From an uncultured Gammaproteobacteria bacterium (GTDB lineage: Bacteria > Patescibacteriota > Microgenomatia > UBA8517): a stretch of DNA of 64,000 bases. The first letter of the stretch is position 1. Every line of letters begins with the position of its first letter. The position numbers were made by a program, and so were the translations under genes. The stretch lies in assembly GCA_964600575.1 (NCBI GenBank), contig CAZRJH010000003.1, positions 81,640 through 145,639 of the forward strand, given 5' to 3'. Below are positions 10,007-19,142 of this stretch, one piece after another. The notes under the pieces were generated by a model. The model worked only from the letters and a program-made list of their open reading frames with translations, did not search any database and was not told where the DNA came from.

Positions 10007-10808
10007 AGCTTCTTAAAAATTCCGGGATTGAAAAGATAATAAGAACATAGGCAAACATTTTGTATAACTTGTTGTTAAGAACCTCTAGTGTATTTATGCC
10101 GTGATAGATAATAAGGCTTATGGGCAGATAAAGGATAAAATCGTTTCGATCAAAATTTTTCAAAATCATTAGGCAGATTATCGAAGATGTAAATAAAGTA
10201 AGAGTAAAGTTTTTTTGGCGAAAATTTTTAAGATAGTAAACGCCTATAAAAAAGAACACAAGTGAAACAAACGGGTATTTGTACAAATTTTGATTATCTA
10301 CACTGATCGGTCTGGGGTGCAAGGCAAAAAAGTAATTGTTTGGATCGGTCAATGTAAAAAAGTTACCGACTGCTTTATCGTAGTAAATCTTACCTTTGTT
10401 TTGAAACACTCTAGCCAGTAGCGGGTTTGGATACAAATGTATATTTCTTATCACCAATTGCTGGGCTTCGTAGTCTTTTGTAAAAATTGTTTGTCCAAAA
10501 AAAGGTTTAAAAAAAGCGACAAATATGGCTAAACTTATAAATAACGGAAGTAATAATTTTAAAGATCTTAGCCTTAAAATTTCTATGCAGAAATAAATAA
10601 CTGGAATCAATGTTAACTTTGGGGAAAATAAACCTATCAAAAGCAAAGGCAGATAATAATAGTCTGATTTTTTGAGATGGAGGACATAAGAAATTCCTGT
10701 CAAAACCAAAGGGACTGTATAGTTGAGAAAATCACCCGGGGTGTTGTTTAAATACAAATTAAGCGGCCATAGTCCAAAGACGGCAATAAGAATAATCTTT
10801 TTGAGCAT
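9987..10808 (-). CDS. Membrane protein; shortened relative of the GT-C array paralogs
   Basis: Hydrophobic, 273 aa. The loop NPLLARVFQNK...NFFTLTDPNNYFF resembles the central loop of its neighbours. No DE motif. Confidence 0.7.
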   Translation of the reverse strand: MLKKIILIAVFGLWPLNLYLNNTPGDFLNYTVPLVLTGISYVLHLKKSDYYYLPLLLIGLFSPKLTLIPVIYFCIEILRLRSLKLLLPLFISLAIFVAFFKPFFGQTIFTKDYEAQQLVIRNIHLYPNPLLARVFQNKGKIYYDKAVGNFFTLTDPNNYFFALHPRPISVDNQNLYKYPFVSLVFFFIGVYYLKNFRQKNFTLTLFTSSIICLMILKNFDRNDFILYLPISLIIYHGINTLEVLNNKLYKMFAYVLIIFSIPEFLRSYVENLF

Positions 10809-10818
10809 ATATGGCTTG

Positions 10819-10828
10819 ATGATACAAT
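10819..10828. promoter_or_regulatory. Putative overlapping divergent -10 elements
   Basis: TGATACAAT (+, 10820-10828) and TATCAT (-, 10819-10824) lie in the 34-nt gap between divergent ATGs at 10808 and 10843. Confidence 0.4.
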
Positions 10829-10842
10829 CATATAGGAAAATA

Positions 10843-12495
10843 ATGAAGATTTTAGGTTTAAATTCGGAAAAAACAGTTCTGATACTGATACTTTTGCTTG
10901 CCTTTGTCGTCAGATTTTTTTCTTTAACTAAATTTCCGGTCGGTTTTAATGCAGACGAGGCCTCTTTTGGTTACGATGCTCACTCGATAATTCGCACCGG
11001 TAGAGATCAGTGGGGATCTGTGCCGGTGGTCTTAAAGTCCTTCGGAGATTACAAGTCTCCTGTCTATGCATACATAATCGCTCCTTTTGTTTTTGTGGGC
11101 GGATTAAATAGTTTTGCTGTCAGGCTCCCTAATGTAATTGTGGGAACATTGGCCGTATTTATTTTATATCTATTATTTAGAGAACTTTTTCCCGACAAAA
11201 AAAAGGAAGCGATTGTTTCAGCATTTCTTTTGGCCCTAAGCCCTTGGTCTGTGATGATGAGTAGGGGAGCATTTGAAGCCAATCTTGTTACGCTTTTTAT
11301 CCCCTTAGGTATATACCTTTTTCTTAAATCTCAAAAAAACACCAAATATGCCCTTTACTCATTTTTTATCTTCGGTTTAAGTCTTTTTACTTACCACTCC
11401 GCAAAAATTACTACCCCGCTTACTATTTTGTTCTTGGTAGTAATTTACTTTAAAGATGTTTCCAAAAATCTAAAACATTACATTTTACCTGTCTTTGTTT
11501 TTTCTTTGTTTGTTTTAGCCATGCTCTACACTCTTAAGATTGGAGGAGGGGCCAGAATTTCGGAAAGAAGTATTACAAGAGGTGCTTTGGAAGAGGGTGC
11601 AAAAGCTAAGATTGAATTAATCCAAAACGGCGTCAATCCAAACATCGCCAGATTTTTCCATAATAAATATCAAGTAGTTTTTTCCAGATTCACCTCTAAC
11701 TATTTACAATATTTTTCATATAAATTTTACTTGTCTAAAGGAGCCGGTGAATCTTACTACGGTATGAGACCCGGTATAGGTGTCCTTAGTCTGGTGGAGT
11801 TTATACTTTTTGTTTCTTCTTTAGTGTATTTTTACAAATTTGGCATCAAGGGAGGGGTGCTTTTTGTATTTCTCTGGCTATTAATCTCACCTCTCCCCGC
11901 CGCTTTGTCCACGGGTGTCGGGTATTCCGGTCATAGAGCCGAAACAATGATCCCCGTCCTACAAATTGTACAAGGGCTGGGACTAGCAGGTATTGCAAGC
12001 TTACTAAAAAAGACAAAAGTAAACTATGTTTCCGGGTTATATCTGGCGGTCTTTTTATCTAGTCTTGTTTTCTTTTCGATCTTCTGGAAAAGTTACACAA
12101 CCAATATTCCTTCGTCTTCGTTTAAAGAAATGCTATACGGTAATTTAGAGGTCTTTGATTGGCTTAACAACAATAAAGGAGACAAACAGGTATTCGTGAG
12201 TCGTAGCCTTAGCGAACCGCAAATATTTATCGGATTTTTGGGAATGGAACCTACGATATATCAAAACTATTCAAAAAGTTGGGATTTAAAGTCGGCGAAT
12301 GTGATGTGGGTAGATCAGCTCCCAGAATATGGCATCGAAAATTATAAAATAAAATCTATCGATTGGAAAAATGATACCAAGAACAAGAATATAATGATTG
12401 TAGCTAAAGCAGACGAGTTTCCCAAAGATGTTTTGCCCGATAAAATTTTTAGCTATCCCGACGGAACGGCCAATGTTTTTGTTAAAAAGTATTGA
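10843..12495 (+). CDS. GT-C membrane glycosyltransferase (ArnT/PMT-like), array paralog 4
   Basis: DEASFGYDAHSIIRTGRDQWG...SFGDYKSP. Start moved to ATG 10843 to avoid a head-to-head overlap and to match the paralog N-termini. Confidence 0.87.
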   Translation: MKILGLNSEKTVLILILLLAFVVRFFSLTKFPVGFNADEASFGYDAHSIIRTGRDQWGSVPVVLKSFGDYKSPVYAYIIAPFVFVGGLNSFAVRLPNVIVGTLAVFILYLLFRELFPDKKKEAIVSAFLLALSPWSVMMSRGAFEANLVTLFIPLGIYLFLKSQKNTKYALYSFFIFGLSLFTYHSAKITTPLTILFLVVIYFKDVSKNLKHYILPVFVFSLFVLAMLYTLKIGGGARISERSITRGALEEGAKAKIELIQNGVNPNIARFFHNKYQVVFSRFTSNYLQYFSYKFYLSKGAGESYYGMRPGIGVLSLVEFILFVSSLVYFYKFGIKGGVLFVFLWLLISPLPAALSTGVGYSGHRAETMIPVLQIVQGLGLAGIASLLKKTKVNYVSGLYLAVFLSSLVFFSIFWKSYTTNIPSSSFKEMLYGNLEVFDWLNNNKGDKQVFVSRSLSEPQIFIGFLGMEPTIYQNYSKSWDLKSANVMWVDQLPEYGIENYKIKSIDWKNDTKNKNIMIVAKADEFPKDVLPDKIFSYPDGTANVFVKKY

Positions 12496-14168
12496 ACACC
12501 CATATGTTAAAGGTGATTAAAGAATTTAAATACAAGCACATTATTTTGCTTCTAATCCTTAGTATTTTCACTTTTTGGAGAATGCTTAAGCCGGGTATGT
12601 ACTCCACCCAGGATTTCCATTTATTTAGACTTTACGAGTTTGATAAATGTGTAAAAAGTCTAGAAATACCTTGCAGATGGGCACCCGATGCTGGCCTTGG
12701 TTACGGTCAGCCGATTTTTAACTACTACGGTCAGTTTGCATACGCTTTAGGTGAAATATTCAATTTGGCTGGTTTTGGAACAATTAATTCTATGAAATTA
12801 CTTTTTATTCTTTCTTTAGCAGGCTCCGCTATTTTTATGTTTTACTTAGCCAAAAGAGTTTGGAAAAACGATATGGTTGCCTTACTTTCCTCTGTTTTAT
12901 ATCTTTTTGCCCCGTATCGATCGGTGGATGTTTGGGTTAGGGGAGCGCTTCCGGAATCATTTGCATTTGTATTTTACCCGCTGATTTTTTTGACGATTTT
13001 TAACTACTTCGAAACAAAAAAGAATCTGCATTTGTACTATTTTAGCCTTACACTTTTTTTGTTAATCATCACTCACAATTTGTCTGTCATTCTGTTTTTG
13101 CCGGCTTTAATAATGTGGAGTTTGGTTATCGCATTAAGAAAGGGTTATAAAAAGTCCGACATTTTAAGGCTGTGCACAGCCTCTTTGCTTTCTTTGCTGT
13201 TGTCATCTTTTTATTTGTTACCCTTAGTTTTTGAATCTAGATTTGTCAATTTAGCCTCTACTACACAAGGGTATTTTGACTTTCATAACCATTTTGCCAC
13301 ACTTAAACAACTATTCTTATCTAATTATTGGGGTTACGGGGCTTCTAATTGGGGTGACGGCGACGGTTTAAGTATGGCCGTTGGATATTTTCAGTGGATT
13401 TTGCCTTTGATTCTGATTCCTTTGGCTTTATTTAATAATAAATTTGTAAAAGCCGGTAAAGATAAATATTTATTTTTTTCTTTGGTGGCCACAGGAATAT
13501 TTTATTTATTGTTGACACATAATAAATCAACTTTTATTTGGGAAAAACTTCCATTTATGGCGTTTATACAATTTCCCTGGAGATTTCTGGGTCCTGCAAT
13601 CTTTTGTCTTTCCCTGGCGGTTGGTGTTGTAGGAAATATCTTTTCTAAGAAAACCTATTTGATTTTGGCTATCGTGCCGGTTGTTGTGGCTGTCAATTTC
13701 GGTTTTTTTAGAGAAGATATTTGGTATAAAGTTAAAGATAGTCATTATACGACTGGAGAAGAATGGATACGCCAACGGTCGGCATCCATAGGGGATTATC
13801 TGCCTGTAGGTGCGGCCCTTCCGCTAAACCCACCCGAGGCTTTTATGGGTAATTTTAGATATGAAGAAATGAAGTCGAACTACTATCTTTACAATATAGA
13901 AATCCAAGGCGGAGACTCGGGGAGTGTTACTCTCCCGGTCACTTATTTTCCGGGTTGGACAGGTAAAATTAACGGTAGTGCTGTCGGTGTAAATCCCGAT
14001 AAGGAAACAGGCAACATTAGCCTTAATCTCCCAAAAGGGCTAAATAAAGTAGAGCTGTTTTTTACGAACACTCCCGTAAGATGGATTGGCAACTTTATGT
14101 CTTTGTTTGCTTTTGTTTATCTCGGCTCAGTACTCTGGAAAGAAAAATATGGAAATAAAAATAGTTAA
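12492..14168 (+). CDS. GT-C membrane protein, YfhO / PTPS-related-domain type
   Basis: TQDFHLFR, RWAPD...GYGQPIFNYY, PYRSVDVWVRGALPE, QFPWRFL; C-terminal YFPGW beta domain plus a final TM. Alternative ATG at 12504. Confidence 0.8.
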   Translation: MNTHMLKVIKEFKYKHIILLLILSIFTFWRMLKPGMYSTQDFHLFRLYEFDKCVKSLEIPCRWAPDAGLGYGQPIFNYYGQFAYALGEIFNLAGFGTINSMKLLFILSLAGSAIFMFYLAKRVWKNDMVALLSSVLYLFAPYRSVDVWVRGALPESFAFVFYPLIFLTIFNYFETKKNLHLYYFSLTLFLLIITHNLSVILFLPALIMWSLVIALRKGYKKSDILRLCTASLLSLLLSSFYLLPLVFESRFVNLASTTQGYFDFHNHFATLKQLFLSNYWGYGASNWGDGDGLSMAVGYFQWILPLILIPLALFNNKFVKAGKDKYLFFSLVATGIFYLLLTHNKSTFIWEKLPFMAFIQFPWRFLGPAIFCLSLAVGVVGNIFSKKTYLILAIVPVVVAVNFGFFREDIWYKVKDSHYTTGEEWIRQRSASIGDYLPVGAALPLNPPEAFMGNFRYEEMKSNYYLYNIEIQGGDSGSVTLPVTYFPGWTGKINGSAVGVNPDKETGNISLNLPKGLNKVELFFTNTPVRWIGNFMSLFAFVYLGSVLWKEKYGNKNS

Positions 14169-15855
14169 ATACTTGTTTTTGGTTATTTTAATCGGGACGT
14201 GTTTACGATTTGCCTATTTAACATATGTTCCTGCTTCTTTGAATTGGGACGAAGTTAGTCACGGTTATAATGCATACTCTTTGCTTAAAACAGGAAAAGA
14301 TCAATGGGGTCAACCTTGGCCGATATTTAACTTTAGAGCCTACGGCGACTACCCTACTGTACTTAACTTATATCTGACAATACCCTTTATATACTTGTTG
14401 GGATTAACCGATTTTGCCGTAAGAGCGCCTCATGCGATATTAGGGATACTTACTATACTTATGGCTTATTTTGCAGGAATCGGTCTAACTAAAAGGAGGA
14501 GTGTTGGGCTTGTAAGCGCATTTTTGGTTGCTTTTGGTCCCTGGTACATTTTTACTTCCAGATTTGTTCTTCAATCAAATCTTTCAGTTTTTCTTATAGC
14601 TTCAGCATTGGCGGCCTTTTTTAACAGAGATAAGCATAAGTATTTATTGCCACTTTCGTTTTTTCTTATTTTTTTGACGCTTTTTTCGTATCACACAACC
14701 AGAATATTTTCTCCGCTTGTAGTTTTGGCTTACATGGCAGTATATTCCAACGAAATATTAGATAGAGTTAGACAAAAAAAACTAATGTTTGCTTCGACAG
14801 TTGGAACAATCCTGGTATTTTTTATAACGGCCGGATACATATTGGGAACAAGTGATGCAAAAGCCAGAGGTTCGGTGCTTTTTATACTTGACCAGGGAGC
14901 GGTGAACAAAATTGAGAGCCTCCGAAACTCATCAAAATTTTCTCCTTTGGTAACAAAACTAATTTACAACAGACCGGTCTATTTTGTCGAGAGATTTGCT
15001 CAGAATTATGCAACTTATTTTTCTCCAGGGTTTTTATTTTTTAGCGGAGGGACACAATACCAGTTTAGCCTTCCAGGCCACGGTCTAATCCTTCTAGTCA
15101 ACCTGCCGTTTTTTTACTACGGTTTATATTTGTTAATCAGAAAAGCGTTTGATAATAAAGATTTTCTGATGGTGCTTTTAATGATTATTCTTTATCCGAT
15201 ACCGGCAAGTCTAACTAATGAGTCTTTTGCGGTTTTGCGTGCAACCACCTTACTTCCACTGTCAGAAATAGTAATCGCCTTGGCAATATTTACCTTTTAT
15301 CAAAAGTTACCGATAAAAATTAAACCTTACTTTGCGACTACTTACCTGGTTATAGTTTACTTCTTGTTGGAAGGTTTTTTGTTAAATTATTTTACTTCGT
15401 ATCGAACAAATTATTCTTGGAGCTGGCAGTATGGTTATTCAGAGGTGTCGGAGTATGTTAAATCCAACTACGATAAATATGACAAGATAGTGGTAACAAA
15501 AAAATACGGCGAGCCGCATGAATTTTTGCTGTTTAATCTAAAATGGGATCCGGATAGGTACCAAAATGACAAAACAGCTATCAGGTTCTTTCAGTCGGGG
15601 TGGTATTGGGTGGACAGCTTCGACAAATTCTACTTTGTTAACGATTGGCAGGTTGTAGACGAGTCTAAGGCAAATAAACATTTTATTTTAGAAAGCAAAA
15701 ACATAGTTGAGTGCATAGATGTTAAGTGTCTTTTGGTAACATCACCCGACAACGCCCCTTCAGGCTGGAGTAAAATAAAAGATATTAAATTCTTGGACGG
15801 TAAAACCGCCTTTAGTTTTTATGACAACAGTCGCTATGGCAATAAGAGCAAATAA
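14149..15855 (+). CDS. GT-C membrane glycosyltransferase (ArnT/PMT-like), array paralog 5
   Basis: DEVSHGYNAYSLLKTGKDQWG...AYGDYP. Start placed at ATG 14149. Confidence 0.87.
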   Translation: MEIKIVKYLFLVILIGTCLRFAYLTYVPASLNWDEVSHGYNAYSLLKTGKDQWGQPWPIFNFRAYGDYPTVLNLYLTIPFIYLLGLTDFAVRAPHAILGILTILMAYFAGIGLTKRRSVGLVSAFLVAFGPWYIFTSRFVLQSNLSVFLIASALAAFFNRDKHKYLLPLSFFLIFLTLFSYHTTRIFSPLVVLAYMAVYSNEILDRVRQKKLMFASTVGTILVFFITAGYILGTSDAKARGSVLFILDQGAVNKIESLRNSSKFSPLVTKLIYNRPVYFVERFAQNYATYFSPGFLFFSGGTQYQFSLPGHGLILLVNLPFFYYGLYLLIRKAFDNKDFLMVLLMIILYPIPASLTNESFAVLRATTLLPLSEIVIALAIFTFYQKLPIKIKPYFATTYLVIVYFLLEGFLLNYFTSYRTNYSWSWQYGYSEVSEYVKSNYDKYDKIVVTKKYGEPHEFLLFNLKWDPDRYQNDKTAIRFFQSGWYWVDSFDKFYFVNDWQVVDESKANKHFILESKNIVECIDVKCLLVTSPDNAPSGWSKIKDIKFLDGKTAFSFYDNSRYGNKSK

Positions 15856-17491
15856 ATATATTCTCGCAGTTATTGTACTTTTTGCAGCAGTATTTCGTTT
15901 GTGGAACTTGGGGTCCATCCCCCCCGGGCTAACACCGGACGAAGCCGCACTCGGTTACAACGCATACTCAATATTGCAAACAGGCAATGATGAGTATGGT
16001 GAAGTACTCCCTTTAATATTTAAGTCATTTGGAGACTATAAACCGGGTTTTTATGTATATACGGCCATACCTTTTGTCGCGATCTTGGGTTTATCCGAGT
16101 TCTCGGTTAGGTTGCCTTCTGTTGTTGCGGGTTTATTTACGGTTATTTCGATTTATCTAATTCTTAAAATTCTCTTTAAAAACGAACAAATAGGATTAGC
16201 AGGAGCATTTGCTGCAGCGGTTAATCCTTGGTTGATTTATTTTTCCAGAGGAGCTTGGGAGGCAAATTTATCTTTGGCGTTTACTCTTTTAGGAATTTTA
16301 TTCTTTCTTAAATCATTGGAAAAAGAAAAGAGTTTGCTCATAAGTGCCGCTTTTTTTGGTTTAACACTTATCACATACCAAGGGGCTAAAATCTCGACTT
16401 TGATTGTTGTTCTTATTCTTGCGGTTCTTTATAAATCAGAAATTTTAAAATTCAGAAAAGTAAATATCTTCTTATCACTTTTGATAGGTATTGTTTTTCT
16501 TATACCCGTTATATTCACTTTTTTAAACGGGCAAACATTTAGATTAAATATTTACAGTATATTTTCTTACAGAAGACCTGACACTGAGATTCAAAACATC
16601 AAAAATCAGGAGTTGTCTAATACGGAACTTAACTTTTTAGTATTTCACACGGAAAAAGTTAATTATGTTAGGGCTATTTTGGGTAGATATTTTAACAATT
16701 TTTCGGGTAGGTTTTTGTTTTTTGACGGTGATTGGGCAAATCCTGTTTCTACGCCGCCCTACCAGGGAGTACTACTCCTTTCGGATTTAATTTTATTACC
16801 TATCGGTTTTTACTTTTTACTAAAAAGCAAGGAAAATAAATCCAAGAACTTCATTTTTTTGTGGTTACTTATGGCTCCGATATCGGTGGCTCTTTCCAGA
16901 GACGAACTTAATGCGGTTAGAGATCTAAATTTAGCCGTTCCTCTTGTTGTGGTGTCGTCCTTTGGTGTTTACGGTTTACTTTCGAACAAAATAAAAAAAG
17001 TAAACCTATTTGGTGCTGTTTTGTGTGTTTTATCTATAGGGAGTGCTTTCTTATATTTTGCGGACGCTTATTACATTCACACACCGGCTCATAATTCTCA
17101 ATATTTTAGATATGGATATAAACAGGTTTTTGAGTTTGTAGAGCCTATCAGAGAAAAGTATAGCAAAGTAGTTTTTGAACAATCATTCAACCAACCTTAT
17201 ATTTATTACTTGTTTTATGGCTCTAAAGACCCCGGCATTTATCAGACCCAAGAAAAACTATCAGATAGCGAGTTTAAGGGGGATGTGGGGTATATCACAT
17301 CTCTTGATAATATAAGTTTCGAACGATTGGATTGGCAGGTCATTAAAAATAGCCATAATGTGTTAGTCGTTGCAGCACACACATCCGTTCCGCCCGAAGT
17401 TTTTGCCTACAAGGATAAATATGTTTTGCTAAATCAAATAAAATATCTTAACGGAAGAGATGTGGCTTTCGACATTTTCGAAATAAAATGA
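15821..17491 (+). CDS. GT-C membrane glycosyltransferase (ArnT/PMT-like), array paralog 6
   Basis: DEAALGYNAYSILQTGNDEYG...SFGDYKP, SRGAWEAN. Alternative ATG at 15836. Confidence 0.87.
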   Translation: MTTVAMAIRANKYILAVIVLFAAVFRLWNLGSIPPGLTPDEAALGYNAYSILQTGNDEYGEVLPLIFKSFGDYKPGFYVYTAIPFVAILGLSEFSVRLPSVVAGLFTVISIYLILKILFKNEQIGLAGAFAAAVNPWLIYFSRGAWEANLSLAFTLLGILFFLKSLEKEKSLLISAAFFGLTLITYQGAKISTLIVVLILAVLYKSEILKFRKVNIFLSLLIGIVFLIPVIFTFLNGQTFRLNIYSIFSYRRPDTEIQNIKNQELSNTELNFLVFHTEKVNYVRAILGRYFNNFSGRFLFFDGDWANPVSTPPYQGVLLLSDLILLPIGFYFLLKSKENKSKNFIFLWLLMAPISVALSRDELNAVRDLNLAVPLVVVSSFGVYGLLSNKIKKVNLFGAVLCVLSIGSAFLYFADAYYIHTPAHNSQYFRYGYKQVFEFVEPIREKYSKVVFEQSFNQPYIYYLFYGSKDPGIYQTQEKLSDSEFKGDVGYITSLDNISFERLDWQVIKNSHNVLVVAAHTSVPPEVFAYKDKYVLLNQIKYLNGRDVAFDIFEIK

Positions 17492-19140
17492 AAAAAATAT
17501 CTTTTGAATTAAAAGTTTTGACTTTAGTCTTAGCTTTGGCGTTCATTCTGCGCTTTTTTAACTTGTCAAATTATCCCGCATTTAACGCCGACGAAGCGGC
17601 GATCGGCTACAACGCTTATTCATTAATACTTACCGGATTAGATGAACACGGACATACCTGGCCAGTCCATTTCCAGTCTTTTAATGATTGGAAACCTGGT
17701 ATGTATTTCTACCTTGTTATTCCTTTTGTTAAATTATTGGGGTTAAACGAACTTGCGGTCAGAATCCCGAACGCGGCTCTGGGAGTACTAACAGTTTATT
17801 TTGTGTATTTATTGTCTAATTTAATTTTTGACGCAAGAAAAATAAATTTAGGCAAATATACAGTTGAAATAGGGTTTGTGTCATCTTTGTTTCTTGCAAT
17901 ATCTCCTTGGCATATTCACTTTTCAAGGGGTGGTTGGGAAGTTGGTACTGCTACTTTTTTTATGACTTCTGGTTTTTATTATTTCCTCCGATCGGTAAAA
18001 AATAATCTTTCGTTAAAACCAATGCTTGTTTCAGTGTTTTTGCTGGTTATGTCGTTTTACACATATCATGCAGCAAGAGTTATTGTTCCCCTGCTTACAG
18101 TCGTAGGTATTTTGATATACAAAAACGATATTTTTTCAAAAATAAATATTAAAAATATTGTTTATGTTATTCTGTTCGGATTTGTCCTTATTCTCCCTTT
18201 AACAAAAGATTTAATATCGGGCGATGCCTTGTCCAGAGCAGCGGGGGTGGGTCTTTTTGCCGACAAAGGACCCATCAACAGAATTAACGAGCAGCGCGGA
18301 GAACATCAAAATGTTTCGGGGATCTTTACTAGGGTAGAACATAACAAAGCTGTAAATTATGCCTTGGCTTTTCTGCGAAACTGGTCAATGCATTATCAGG
18401 GGGAATTTTTGTTTATGACGGGGGACGGCATTCAAAGAAACAAGGTACCCGAAACAGGACAAATGTATCTTGCGGATATTGTTTTTCTGGCATTGGGTTT
18501 GATATTGCTAACCACTTTGCTTAAGAAAGAGACAGTGTTTTTGCTTTCGTGGCTTATCATTGCTCCAGTAGCCGCCGCCCTCACTTTTCAGGCGCCACAT
18601 GCACTTAGAGCAGAAAATATGGTTATTCCATTGGTTTTAATTAGCTCCTTGGGCTTTTTTAGTTTGTTAGAAAAGAAAAACAGATATTTTATTATCCTGA
18701 CTTCAATTTTTCTTGTGTGGTGTTTTGTCAGATATTTGCATATGTATTATATTCACATGAGTAAAGACTTTCCTTATTCTTCTCAATATGGGCTAAAGGA
18801 ATTATCGGAATATATAATTACAAATCAAGATAAATATAAAGACATAGTGGTTACGGATAGATATGATCAGCCTTATATTCTTTTTCTTTTTTATTCAAAA
18901 TATACTCCAAAGCTTTTTCAATTCAAACATTCGCTTAGTTCGAGAGATGACTTTGGCTTTTCTACCGTAAGAGATTTTGATAAATATCACTTTGTAAGTA
19001 TCGATTTTGAGTCGATTAAAAATAACTACCCGCAAAGCTTGATAGTCGGTACAAAGGATGAAATTCCTAAAGAGGCAAATGTTATTAAGAAAATCTACGG
19101 TACAAACGGTTTTGAATATTTTAATTTAGTAGCAAACTAA
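17488..19140 (+). CDS. GT-C membrane glycosyltransferase (ArnT/PMT-like), array paralog 7
   Basis: DEAAIGYNAYSLILTGLDEHG...SFNDWKP, SPWHIHFSRGGWE. Confidence 0.87.
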   Translation: MKKISFELKVLTLVLALAFILRFFNLSNYPAFNADEAAIGYNAYSLILTGLDEHGHTWPVHFQSFNDWKPGMYFYLVIPFVKLLGLNELAVRIPNAALGVLTVYFVYLLSNLIFDARKINLGKYTVEIGFVSSLFLAISPWHIHFSRGGWEVGTATFFMTSGFYYFLRSVKNNLSLKPMLVSVFLLVMSFYTYHAARVIVPLLTVVGILIYKNDIFSKINIKNIVYVILFGFVLILPLTKDLISGDALSRAAGVGLFADKGPINRINEQRGEHQNVSGIFTRVEHNKAVNYALAFLRNWSMHYQGEFLFMTGDGIQRNKVPETGQMYLADIVFLALGLILLTTLLKKETVFLLSWLIIAPVAAALTFQAPHALRAENMVIPLVLISSLGFFSLLEKKNRYFIILTSIFLVWCFVRYLHMYYIHMSKDFPYSSQYGLKELSEYIITNQDKYKDIVVTDRYDQPYILFLFYSKYTPKLFQFKHSLSSRDDFGFSTVRDFDKYHFVSIDFESIKNNYPQSLIVGTKDEIPKEANVIKKIYGTNGFEYFNLVAN

Positions 19141-19142
19141 CA

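Noticed and set aside
10723-10842. Long N-terminal extensions in the ORF track (also 14086, 32344, 33366, 47753, 52035, 55240)
   Set aside because: They overlap neighbouring genes. Downstream ATGs fit the family N-termini and the coupling pattern better.
15919-15925. C7 tract near the 5' end of a GT-C gene (also A8 at 11197-11204 and G6 at 51943-51948) as phase-variation sites
   Set aside because: The tracts are short, the frames are intact and there is no evidence of slippage without reads.
4804-19140. Calling the array arnT (lipid A L-Ara4N transferase)
   Set aside because: No arnABCDEF or lipid A genes are in the window, and the similarity is family-level only.
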